This document shows, piece after piece, positions 19,480-27,710 of a stretch of DNA of 60,562 nt (positions within the stretch are counted from its first letter, which is position 1; every line of letters starts with the position of its first letter). This DNA comes from an uncultured Oscillospiraceae bacterium. GTDB taxonomy: Bacteria > Bacillota > Clostridia > Oscillospirales > Ruminococcaceae. The stretch covers positions 4,222-64,783 of the forward strand of contig CAYIZZ010000001.1 of NCBI GenBank assembly GCA_964367945.1. Direction: 5' to 3'. Position numbers and translations under genes: made by a program. A model generated the notes under the pieces. It was not told where the DNA came from. It worked only from the letters and a program-made list of their open reading frames with translations, and did not search any database.

Positions 19480-20452
19480 GCCTCTGTTGTCTTTAAATGA
19501 TTTAAAAGTATATTACGAAGTAAAGTCTAAAAATAGGCTGGGCACGGCGGTGTCCTATTCAAAAGCGGTAGACGGTATCACACTTGAAATACAAAAAGGT
19601 GAAGCTTTTGGTATTGTGGGTGAGTCCGGTTGTGGAAAAACCACTACAGGAAAGGCTATTGTACGCCTAAACGAGCCTACCGATGGCAATATCGAGTTTG
19701 AAGGTAAAGATATAAAAAGTTATGCCCGTCTTGAGCTGGCAAAACATATACAAATCATTTTCCAAGATCCATACTCTTCCCTAGATCCGCGCATGACGGT
19801 GGGTAAATGTATTGAAGAACCACTATTGGTGCACGGAATGAAGGACAAAAAAGAGAGATATGATCGTGCAGTTCAGCTTTTGGCAGATGTGGGATTGCGA
19901 GAGGATCAATACTCACGATTTCCACACGAGTTTTCCGGTGGTCAACGTCAACGTATCGGTGTGGCACGTGCTATTGCACTGAACCCTGATTTGGTGGTGT
20001 GTGACGAGCCGGTATCAGCGCTAGACGTGTCTATTCAGGCGCAAATACTGAATTTGATGCAGGATTTACAAAAAAAATATAACCTTACTTACATATTTAT
20101 CTCGCACAACCTTAGTGTGGTAAAACACTTGTGCGATAGAATTGCCGTTATGTATTTGGGGCATATTGTAGAGCTGTCCAATAAAAAAGATTTATTTGAC
20201 AACCCTAAACATCCGTATACTGAGGCGTTGTTATCGGCCATACCTATTGCCGATCCTGACATAAAAAGTATGACGGTAGAGTTGAGCGGTGATGTTCCTA
20301 GTCCTTTGAATCCACCGCCCGGATGTTGTTTTCATCAGCGGTGTCCGCATAGTTTTGAGCGCTGCAAAAAAGAACTACCACAACTTCATGAAATATCTCC
20401 GGGGCATACTGTGGCTTGCCATTTATGCGATCCCGCAGGTAAAGAAGGCTGA
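19451..20452 (+). CDS. ABC transporter ATP-binding protein (DppF/OppF type)
   Basis: It has Walker A GESGCGKT, signature FSGGQRQR and Walker [13 protein letters not shown]. The start is uncertain. The options are the ATG at 19451 or the TTG at 19472, which lies 8 nt after GGAGGGG. The track start at 19421 is unlikely. Confidence 0.85.
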   Translation: MQRRGRILDKPLLSLNDLKVYYEVKSKNRLGTAVSYSKAVDGITLEIQKGEAFGIVGESGCGKTTTGKAIVRLNEPTDGNIEFEGKDIKSYARLELAKHIQIIFQDPYSSLDPRMTVGKCIEEPLLVHGMKDKKERYDRAVQLLADVGLREDQYSRFPHEFSGGQRQRIGVARAIALNPDLVVCDEPVSALDVSIQAQILNLMQDLQKKYNLTYIFISHNLSVVKHLCDRIAVMYLGHIVELSNKKDLFDNPKHPYTEALLSAIPIADPDIKSMTVELSGDVPSPLNPPPGCCFHQRCPHSFERCKKELPQLHEISPGHTVACHLCDPAGKEG

Positions 20453-20507
20453 AAAAGACATGTGTTGAAAGCATGTTGAAAATAAAACTTAATTTGGAGG
20501 AATAGCT

Positions 20508-21311
20508 ATGATTAAAGCTAATTTGGTACAAGAACTTGAAGTAAGCAGTTGGGAGCGCGTATCTTATGAGCCCAGCGAAGAGCTTAAAGCAGTAGAAGAA
20601 AAAATTGCACAAGATCCTGAAAACACAGCTCTGTGGGTGGAAAAAGGTCTGCTTTTTGCCGCAAGTTCTTTATATCGTGAAGCAGAAGAATGCTATGCAC
20701 ATGCTATTGCTATTGATCCTTTTGAAGGCATTTTGTATCGTCATCGTGCCCATCGTTTCCTTTCACAATGGCGCTTTGAAGACGCTTGCGCAGACTTCAC
20801 CATCGCTTCTCGCTTGATTCCGGAAAACTGGGATGTTTGGTATCATCTGGGATTGTCATATTTCTTGCTGGGTGACTATGTGAAAGCTTCAAAAGCATAC
20901 CAGCACTGCCTTGATATCTCTACAAAAGAGGATGAATTGATTGCTGTTTGCGATTGGTTTTATATGACAAAACTGCGTTTGGGTGATCGTGAAGGCGCAG
21001 AAAAACTGCTGCATAATATCCAAGAAGATTTTGATCCGGGCGATAATGGTGCATACTTCCGTCGTCTTTTGATGTATAAAGGTATTGTGAAACCGGAAGA
21101 AGTGCTACCGGAAGATCTTAGCACATTAGACGCACTTGATCTTGTCACCATGGGATTTGGCTTGTCAAACTACTATTTCTACAATGGCGAAGAAGCAAAA
21201 TCAAACGAAGTTATCGATATGATTTTGAAATCCGGCGACGAGCAAAACTGCTATGTAGCGTTTGGTTATTTGGCTGCAAAAGTAGATAAGAAAAACCGTA
21301 GCGCAAAATAA
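20508..21311 (+). CDS. TPR-like repeat protein of unknown function, paralog A
   Basis: It is an all-helical repeat protein (ALWVEKGLLFAASSLYREAEECYAHAIAIDP.., ENWDVWYHLGLSYFLLGDYVKASKAYQHC). It has no signal peptide. SD GGAGG is present. Confidence 0.7.
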   Translation: MIKANLVQELEVSSWERVSYEPSEELKAVEEKIAQDPENTALWVEKGLLFAASSLYREAEECYAHAIAIDPFEGILYRHRAHRFLSQWRFEDACADFTIASRLIPENWDVWYHLGLSYFLLGDYVKASKAYQHCLDISTKEDELIAVCDWFYMTKLRLGDREGAEKLLHNIQEDFDPGDNGAYFRRLLMYKGIVKPEEVLPEDLSTLDALDLVTMGFGLSNYYFYNGEEAKSNEVIDMILKSGDEQNCYVAFGYLAAKVDKKNRSAK

Positions 21312-21367
21312 GAAAATATAAGTAAGTGAATTGATACGACTCTAGCTTGCTTTATTATTTCGGCTAG

Positions 21368-21459
21368 CCCCCACATGTGAATTTAAACACTGCATATTAC
21401 AGTAAGCTTTGCGGCAAGTAATGTGGCCTTGGAATTTACAAGTGGGTGGCTACATTTTT
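21368..21459 (+). promoter_or_regulatory. Nested extended stem-loop followed by T5, lying between the two TPR-like paralogs (terminator/attenuator or processing site)
   Basis: The outer arms are cccccacatgtgaattt (21368-21384) and ggaatttacaagtgggtgg (21431-21449), imperfect. The inner arms are catattac (21393-21400) and gtaatgtg (21418-21425). TTTTT follows at 21455-21459. Confidence 0.4.
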
Positions 21460-21523
21460 AGCGTATAAAAATGAAAGATTTACCCAAAGTATTAAACGAT
21501 TACTCAAAAGGGAGGAAATATAC

Positions 21524-22321
21524 GTGAAAGCTACAAAAGAATATCAAATAGCTAACCAAACTCGTACACAGCTTGAACTGCCTGAAAAGGTGCAAAAAAT
21601 TGATGAATCCCTACAAAAAGATCCTAATGATGCAAAACTTTGGATGGAAAGAGGTCTTGCTTTATCGGAAGTAAGCCTGATGCGTGAAGCTGTAGAAGCT
21701 TATTCGCGCGCCATTGCTCTTGAGCCGTTTTGCGGAATACTATATCGTCACAGAGGCCACAGACACCTAAGCTGCTATGAGTTTGTAGAGGCTTCGGCAG
21801 ATTTTGAGATGGCAGCTCGCTTGATTCCGGAAAACTGGGATGTTTGGTATCACCTAGCTCTTTCATATTACCTGCAAGGTCTTTATGAAAAAGCATCTGC
21901 TGCATATGCACGCTGCAGAGCGCTAACAAAAGAAGATGATATAGACTCTTTGTGTGCTGTTAGTGACTGGTGGTGGCGTACATTGATGCGTCTTGGTGAA
22001 AAAGAAAAAGCCAAAGAGATGATAGCTACATTGCCAACAGACTTTGACCCGGATGTGGAAATATCAGGATATTCATGCATGTGTGCACTTTATCAAGGTC
22101 GCTTAAAGGCTGAAGATATGCTGCCTAATGGCGTGGATGCACCGGAAATCAAGCCTATTTCCATGGGATATGGTTTATCAAACTATTATTATCTAAACGG
22201 TGATATGGAAAAATCAAACAGCTTGGTAAAAGAAATAATTAGTGTTGGCGAGGCTGACTGGTGGTGCGCATTTGGATATTTGGCCGCAGGGGTAGACCAT
22301 CAAAAACGTAATCTAGATTAA
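21524..22321 (+). CDS. TPR-like repeat protein of unknown function, paralog B
   Basis: It is collinear with paralog A (KLWMERGLALSEVSLMREAVEAYSRAIALEP.., ENWDVWYHLALSYYLQGLYEKASAAYARC). I prefer the GTG at 21524, which lies 7 nt after AGGGAGG and gives an N-terminus matching paralog A. The track start at 21446 lacks an SD. Confidence 0.7.
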   Translation: MKATKEYQIANQTRTQLELPEKVQKIDESLQKDPNDAKLWMERGLALSEVSLMREAVEAYSRAIALEPFCGILYRHRGHRHLSCYEFVEASADFEMAARLIPENWDVWYHLALSYYLQGLYEKASAAYARCRALTKEDDIDSLCAVSDWWWRTLMRLGEKEKAKEMIATLPTDFDPDVEISGYSCMCALYQGRLKAEDMLPNGVDAPEIKPISMGYGLSNYYYLNGDMEKSNSLVKEIISVGEADWWCAFGYLAAGVDHQKRNLD

Positions 22322-22338
22322 AAAAAGGAGAAATTACC

Positions 22339-22704
22339 ATGTCAATTCAACGATATGATGTGAATAAGGGTAGTAGCCGCCTTGTGGTACACAATGGTGT
22401 GGCATATTTCACGGGACATGCTCGCCCAAACACTCCCACATTAAGAGAGCAAACAGCTGGCCTTTGCAAACGCTATGATGAGTTGTTTGAACAGTTTGGC
22501 CTGAAAAAAGAAAACATCATTATGATGAATGCATATTTGAAAGATATTAATGAAATAGCAGAGTTTGAAGAAGAGTGGAACAAATGGGTAGGGGAAGAGC
22601 ATGCACCGGCCGGAGTGGCTGTGGAAGCATCCCCGGTGCAGAACTCTGCACTTGGCGATAACATTCGCTTAGAGCTGGCCCTTATTGTGGCCACAGAAGA
22701 GTAA
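22339..22704 (+). CDS. RidA/YjgF/UK114-fold protein, paralog 1 (PAG in place of the catalytic PAR)
   Basis: It aligns by eye to RidA: LVVHNGVAYFTGH.., LREQT.., ..NAYLKDI..F.., APAGVAVEA.., LELALIVA. Confidence 0.75.
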   Translation: MSIQRYDVNKGSSRLVVHNGVAYFTGHARPNTPTLREQTAGLCKRYDELFEQFGLKKENIIMMNAYLKDINEIAEFEEEWNKWVGEEHAPAGVAVEASPVQNSALGDNIRLELALIVATEE

Positions 22705-22721
22705 AGAAAGGAGCATTTACT

Positions 22722-23084
22722 ATGGCTATTGAAAGATATGATATTAGTGGTGGTGGAAGCCGCCTTGTGATTCATAACGATGTGGCATATTTTACAGGTC
22801 ACGTCAGCCCGTTCACCAGTACACTGCGTGAGCAGACCATGGGTTTGTGCAAGCGATATGATGAGCTATTACCGCAGTTTGGCCTTAAAAAGGAAAATAT
22901 CCTTATGGCTAATATTTACCTGCAAAACATCGATGACTTGAAAGAGTTTGATGAAGTTTTTCACGAGTGGGTAGGCGCAGAAAATCCTCCGGCAGGAGTG
23001 GCTGTGCAAGCTCCACCTGAGTTTAAAACTGAGGATGGTAAGGACATCTTAGTAGAGCTGGCCTTGATTGTAGCACGTAAATAA
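22722..23084 (+). CDS. RidA/YjgF/UK114-fold protein, paralog 2
   Basis: It has the same architecture (LVIHNDVAYFTGH, LREQT, PPAGVAVQAPP, VELALIVA). SD AAGGAG is present. Confidence 0.75.
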   Translation: MAIERYDISGGGSRLVIHNDVAYFTGHVSPFTSTLREQTMGLCKRYDELLPQFGLKKENILMANIYLQNIDDLKEFDEVFHEWVGAENPPAGVAVQAPPEFKTEDGKDILVELALIVARK

Positions 23085-23112
23085 TTAAGGGGCAAAAGAA
23101 AGGAAGTTTAGA

Positions 23113-23466
23113 ATGGATATCAAACGATATGATAAACGTCCCGGTTGTAGCCGTCTTGTGATTCACAACAATGTGGCATATTTTACCGGTCACAGTGCCC
23201 GCGAGGAATTTATCACCATGAAAGAGCAAACTCGCGCAGTGTGCGAAAGATATGACGAATTATTTGCACAGTTTGGCCTGAAAAAAGAAAATATTATTAT
23301 GATGAACGCATACTTTAAAGATATTAACATGGTAAATGACTTTAAAGAAGTGTATAATGAATGGTTGAACGGTGAAGTAGCACCGGCAGGTGTGACAGTG
23401 CAAGCACCACCTATCGGAGAAAATAATTTACTTGAGTTGCAGTTTATTGTGGCAACAGATGACTAA
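23113..23466 (+). CDS. RidA/YjgF/UK114-fold protein, paralog 3
   Basis: It has the same architecture (LVIHNNVAYFTGH, MKEQT, APAGVTVQAPP, LELQFIVA). SD AAAGGAAG is present. Confidence 0.75.
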   Translation: MDIKRYDKRPGCSRLVIHNNVAYFTGHSAREEFITMKEQTRAVCERYDELFAQFGLKKENIIMMNAYFKDINMVNDFKEVYNEWLNGEVAPAGVTVQAPPIGENNLLELQFIVATDD

Positions 23467-23502
23467 AATAGTCCGTAAAAAATAAAAGCATTAATATAGA
23501 TA

Positions 23503-23548
23503 GCGGAATATTTGAGGTTGTATTTCAGGTATTTCGCTGTTTTATTTT
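23503..23548 (+). terminator. Rho-independent terminator after the Rid triplet
   Basis: A 13-bp stem with G-U pairs joins gcggaatatttga to tcaggtatttcgc. It is followed by tgttttatttt. Confidence 0.65.
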
Positions 23549-23571
23549 AAAAATAGCTTTAAATAGGAGGG

Positions 23572-24432
23572 ATGGGAATTTATTATTTAGTGGCATTAGC
23601 AGTAGGTGTTTTAACTTCTTTAATGATAACCGCAAATGGTGGCCTGACAGAGTTTGTAGGTCTTTACAGCTCAAGCATTATTGTTCATGTAGTGGGTCTT
23701 TTGATATTATCAGTTGTTATGATAATAAAAAAAGTGAACCCATTTAAGAATATCCAGCCGTGGTATTTATATCTTGGTGGGGTTTTAGGTGTGCTGGTAA
23801 CTGTTGGAACCAGCTATGCTTTCGAGCCTTTGGGTGTATCGGCAACATTGGCTTTAGGCCTTTTAGGTCAAAGTACTATGGGGCTACTTATAGATCAGTT
23901 TGGGATCTTTGGTATGCAGACATATAAGTTTAAAAAAATGCGACTGATACCATTTATCGTTATGATTTTGGGTGCAGTTTTTATGATAAGACAACTGAAT
24001 ATTGTTGCTATGATTTTATCGTTTTTGATTGGCTCAGCCCTTGTTGTTCAGCGTGTTATCAATGGCAGGCTGGCAAAAAATACAAACCTGATTATCAGTA
24101 CATCTTGCACATATATAGTTGGACTTTTAGGCTCTATCGTGGTGTTTTTTATTTTGGGTCGTAGCGAGCCGGTATGGACAGAACTTACAATGCCTACAAA
24201 TGTACTCTTGTATCTAGGTGGACTTATCGGAATATTTACAGTACTCTTGTCAACAGTGTGTGTCTCAAAAATGTCATCTTACGGGTTATCTATCCTGATT
24301 TTTATAGGGCAGGTTTTTTCAGGAGTGATTATAGATAGCGTTTTAATAGGCGAAGTTGCAATGATAAATATAATTGGTGGCATTATTGTTACAGTTGGCC
24401 TTTGTATTGACGCACTTGTAAATAAAAAATAA
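23572..24432 (+). CDS. DMT-superfamily membrane protein (duplicated YdcZ/DUF606-like, about 10 TM)
   Basis: It is highly hydrophobic and internally duplicated (ANGGLTEFVG.. and NGRLAKNT.. halves). SD AGGAGGG is present. Confidence 0.6.
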   Translation: MGIYYLVALAVGVLTSLMITANGGLTEFVGLYSSSIIVHVVGLLILSVVMIIKKVNPFKNIQPWYLYLGGVLGVLVTVGTSYAFEPLGVSATLALGLLGQSTMGLLIDQFGIFGMQTYKFKKMRLIPFIVMILGAVFMIRQLNIVAMILSFLIGSALVVQRVINGRLAKNTNLIISTSCTYIVGLLGSIVVFFILGRSEPVWTELTMPTNVLLYLGGLIGIFTVLLSTVCVSKMSSYGLSILIFIGQVFSGVIIDSVLIGEVAMINIIGGIIVTVGLCIDALVNKK

Positions 24433-24657
24433 GTGACATAAAGCAGATGAATTTAGTTTGTGTTGTAAAATTGCCGCAAATAGGTGCAAAAGAGTTATGC
24501 ACATACTAAATATAAAATATAGCATGTGTAAACATTTTCAGATTGTAAAACACATGCATATTCCAAGTGATAGTATGCTATATTAATTGAAGTTTAATAT
24601 GCTTTATTGTAAAATATTTACTATGATAAAAATTTTAAAAAGGATTAGTGGTAGAAT

Positions 24658-25758
24658 ATGAAAAAGACTTGTTGGGACAAACTTGGAGAGATATCAATGC
24701 TTGGTTTTGGGGCTATGCGCTTGCCACATAATGGTGATGTGATAGACCAAGAACAAACAAACGAAATGGTGGCATATGCCCTAAAAAATGGGATAAATTA
24801 TTTTGATACAGCGCATGTTTATAACGATGGTGACAGTGAGCGTGCACTGGCGAAAGCTCTTGAAAATGTAGATAGAAGTAGCTACTATTTAGCTGATAAA
24901 ATGCCACTTTGGTCTGCCGAAAACCCGGAATACCTTGAGAAGACATTTGCCGAGAGTCTGGAGCGCTTAAACACTGATTATATTGATTTTTATCTTGTGC
25001 ACTCTGTTGCAGACAATTTGATGGACAAGATAAAAAATCTTAAGGTGGTAGATTTTATTGCACAAAAGAAACGTGAAGGAAAGATAAAGCATATAGGCTT
25101 TTCAATTCATGACAAAATAGATTGCTTGCTAGAAATGCTGGAGCTGTATGACTGGGAGTTTGCTCAAATTCAGTACAACTATCTGGATATTGATGGAGAG
25201 CCGGGTGATGCCGGATATAAAGAACTACTAAAAAGAGAAATTCCTATACTTATCATGGAGCCACTGAAAGGTGGAATTTTAACTGATTTGCCGGAAAGTA
25301 TTACACAACCATACAATGAGTTTTCAGGTAGTAATGCTTCATTCTCGTTCCGTTGGCTGTGTGAGAAAGAGGGTATTGCGTGTATTTTGTCCGGCATGAG
25401 TAACATGGAGCAGTTAAAGGAAAACATAGATATATTTAATAATATGAAGCAGCTTTCAGCACAAGAGCATGAAGCTATAGTAAAAGTGAGTGAAAACCTG
25501 AAAAGAAATCAAAAAGTACCATGTACAGGTTGTGCTTATTGCATGCCATGTCCTGTGGGTATAAACATACCTGAATCATTCAAGGCGTGGAACACAATAA
25601 GCTTACAGAAACCTAGCGATAACTGGGTTTCCGGCGCATATATTGATTATGATAAGGTAGCTTCATGTGTAGAGTGTGGCGCATGTGTTTCACATTGTCC
25701 GCAACATATCGAGATTCCACAAATGTTGCAAAAATTGGTACAAGAAAATAATGCATAA
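24658..25758 (+). CDS. Aldo/keto reductase with a C-terminal 4Fe-4S ferredoxin-type domain
   Basis: The N-terminus is AKR-like (LGFGAMRLP.., INYFDTAHVYNDGDSERALAKAL). Two Cys clusters follow: CTGCAYCMPCP and CVECGACVSHCP. Confidence 0.85.
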   Translation: MKKTCWDKLGEISMLGFGAMRLPHNGDVIDQEQTNEMVAYALKNGINYFDTAHVYNDGDSERALAKALENVDRSSYYLADKMPLWSAENPEYLEKTFAESLERLNTDYIDFYLVHSVADNLMDKIKNLKVVDFIAQKKREGKIKHIGFSIHDKIDCLLEMLELYDWEFAQIQYNYLDIDGEPGDAGYKELLKREIPILIMEPLKGGILTDLPESITQPYNEFSGSNASFSFRWLCEKEGIACILSGMSNMEQLKENIDIFNNMKQLSAQEHEAIVKVSENLKRNQKVPCTGCAYCMPCPVGINIPESFKAWNTISLQKPSDNWVSGAYIDYDKVASCVECGACVSHCPQHIEIPQMLQKLVQENNA

Positions 25759-25798
25759 TTAAATGTAGTAGTTATATTTATGTGAGGGGAGTGCGGCA

Positions 25799-27541
25799 AT
25801 GAAAAAGGTGATGAACAAAACGGAAAATGTGGTGCGTGAGATGTGTAGCGGCATTGTGCTGGCGCATAGCGAGCTAAGCTTGGACGCAAAGCATATGGTG
25901 ATTGCAAAAAAAGAGCTGAACCACAAAAAAGTTAGCCTTATCAGCGGCGGAGGTAGCGGACACGAGCCTGCACATGCAGGGTTTGTGGGTGAAGGGCTTT
26001 TAGATGCAGCTGTTTGCGGTGATGTGTTTGCCTCGCCCTCACAAATTCAAGTGTATAAGGCTATTACTGAAACAAAAAGCGAAAAAGGCACCTTGCTTAT
26101 TATTAAAAACTATAGTGGCGATATCATGAACTTCCAAAATGCCGCAGCCATGGCAAAGGAAGATGGTATTGAGGTAGATACCGTCAAGGTGGATGATGAT
26201 ATTGCGGTGCAAGATAGCCTTTATACTGTGGGTAGGCGTGGTGTTGCAGGCACTGTGTTGGTTCACAAGCTAGCAGGTGCTGCAGCGCAGCAAGGGTGTA
26301 GCTTGTCAGAGGTAAAGAAGGTGGCTGAAAAAACTATTGCCAATGTAAAAAGCATAGGTTTTGCACTGACATCATGTACTGTGCCAGCAAAAGGTGCGCC
26401 TACATTTTCTCTTGATGAAGATGAAATGGAGTACGGTGTTGGTATCCATGGTGAGCCCGGCATAAAAAGAGAAAAAATGGAAGATGCTCATACATTGGCA
26501 AAACGCATGACAGATGCGCTGTGTGCTGAGCTTTGTCTTGAAAAAGGCAGCGAGATAGCAGTATTGGTGAATGGCTTTGGCGCAACACCTTTGATGGAAT
26601 TATATCTGATGAATAAAGATATAACACAGCAGTTGGATGCGCGAGGCATTACAATACACCGCTGTTTTGTGGGCAATTATATGACTAGTATCGATATGGC
26701 GGGTGCGTCTCTTTCTTTTTTGAAGCTGGATGAAGAGCTGAAAGGATATTTGAATGCACCGTGTAAAGCGCCGGCGTTACAGATAGATGGTCCGGTATCG
26801 GCGGTACAGTATGAAGACTATTTTGCCAAAGATGTAACCGAAGATGATGTATCGTATGAAGTTCAAACACCGAAAACAGTACTTGAAAATGAAGTGGAGC
26901 TTTCACATATCATGTATATGGTGGATGTGATGAGTGCTTCTGCCATACGCAACGAAGTACCGTTTTGTGAGATGGACGCTCATGCAGGTGATGGTGATTT
27001 TGGCATGAGTATAGCCAAAGGTTTTCGCAGGCTGAAAGTTGAATGGAGTTCTATTGTAGGCGTGGAAAATCTTGACATAAGCGGGTTTTTAGATGCGTGC
27101 TCTTTGGTGATAATGGAGCATTGTGGCGGAGCATCCGGACCTATTTGGGGTGCGGCTTTCCGTGCAGCGGCCAAAAACACAGCTGGCAAAAACACGCTTT
27201 CAGCCGCAGACTTTGCAGACATGCTTCAAGCGGCGGTGAAAGGTATACAAACCATAGGTGAGAGATCGTTTGGTAGAGGTGCAATGGTGGGTGACAAGAC
27301 TTTGATTGATGCCATAGTACCTTGTGCCGATGCATGGAGTGAAAACGCAAAAAGCGAAATGTCTTTGAAAGAGTGCTTTGCAGAAGGTGCTAAAGCTGCT
27401 GTGTGTGGAGCTGAAAAAACAAAAGAGATTGTGGCACGTATGGGTAGGGCAGGCGCTTTGGGTGAGCGTAGCTTGGGCTATCCTGACGCTGGGGCATATG
27501 GGTTGGGCGTTATATTTACAGATATTGCCAACTCCATGTAG
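25799..27541 (+). CDS. Dihydroxyacetone (glycerone) kinase, fused DhaK-DhaL (ATP-dependent Dak type)
   Basis: The Dak1 motif is SGGGSGHEPAHAGFVGEGLLDAAVCGDVFASPS. The Dak2 motif is DAHAGDGDFG. The single polypeptide is 580 aa. Confidence 0.9.
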   Translation: MKKVMNKTENVVREMCSGIVLAHSELSLDAKHMVIAKKELNHKKVSLISGGGSGHEPAHAGFVGEGLLDAAVCGDVFASPSQIQVYKAITETKSEKGTLLIIKNYSGDIMNFQNAAAMAKEDGIEVDTVKVDDDIAVQDSLYTVGRRGVAGTVLVHKLAGAAAQQGCSLSEVKKVAEKTIANVKSIGFALTSCTVPAKGAPTFSLDEDEMEYGVGIHGEPGIKREKMEDAHTLAKRMTDALCAELCLEKGSEIAVLVNGFGATPLMELYLMNKDITQQLDARGITIHRCFVGNYMTSIDMAGASLSFLKLDEELKGYLNAPCKAPALQIDGPVSAVQYEDYFAKDVTEDDVSYEVQTPKTVLENEVELSHIMYMVDVMSASAIRNEVPFCEMDAHAGDGDFGMSIAKGFRRLKVEWSSIVGVENLDISGFLDACSLVIMEHCGGASGPIWGAAFRAAAKNTAGKNTLSAADFADMLQAAVKGIQTIGERSFGRGAMVGDKTLIDAIVPCADAWSENAKSEMSLKECFAEGAKAAVCGAEKTKEIVARMGRAGALGERSLGYPDAGAYGLGVIFTDIANSM

Positions 27542-27582
27542 GCTTACGGTGACGATAAACCGCATATTACTTCGTTAAATTC

Positions 27583-27635
27583 AAAACACTCGCAAGGTTG
27601 TATACATAAAGTATGCGCTTTGCAGTGTTTTTTTG
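27583..27635 (+). terminator. Terminator after the dihydroxyacetone kinase gene
   Basis: The arms aaaacactcgcaag and ctttgcagtgtttt form an imperfect stem with a long loop. A T7 run follows. Confidence 0.6.
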
Positions 27636-27710
27636 CTTGAAGATGAGAGATCAATATGATATAATCTCAAGACATGTGAATAAGGTATGAAAGGGTGTGT
27701 GTGGGAATAT

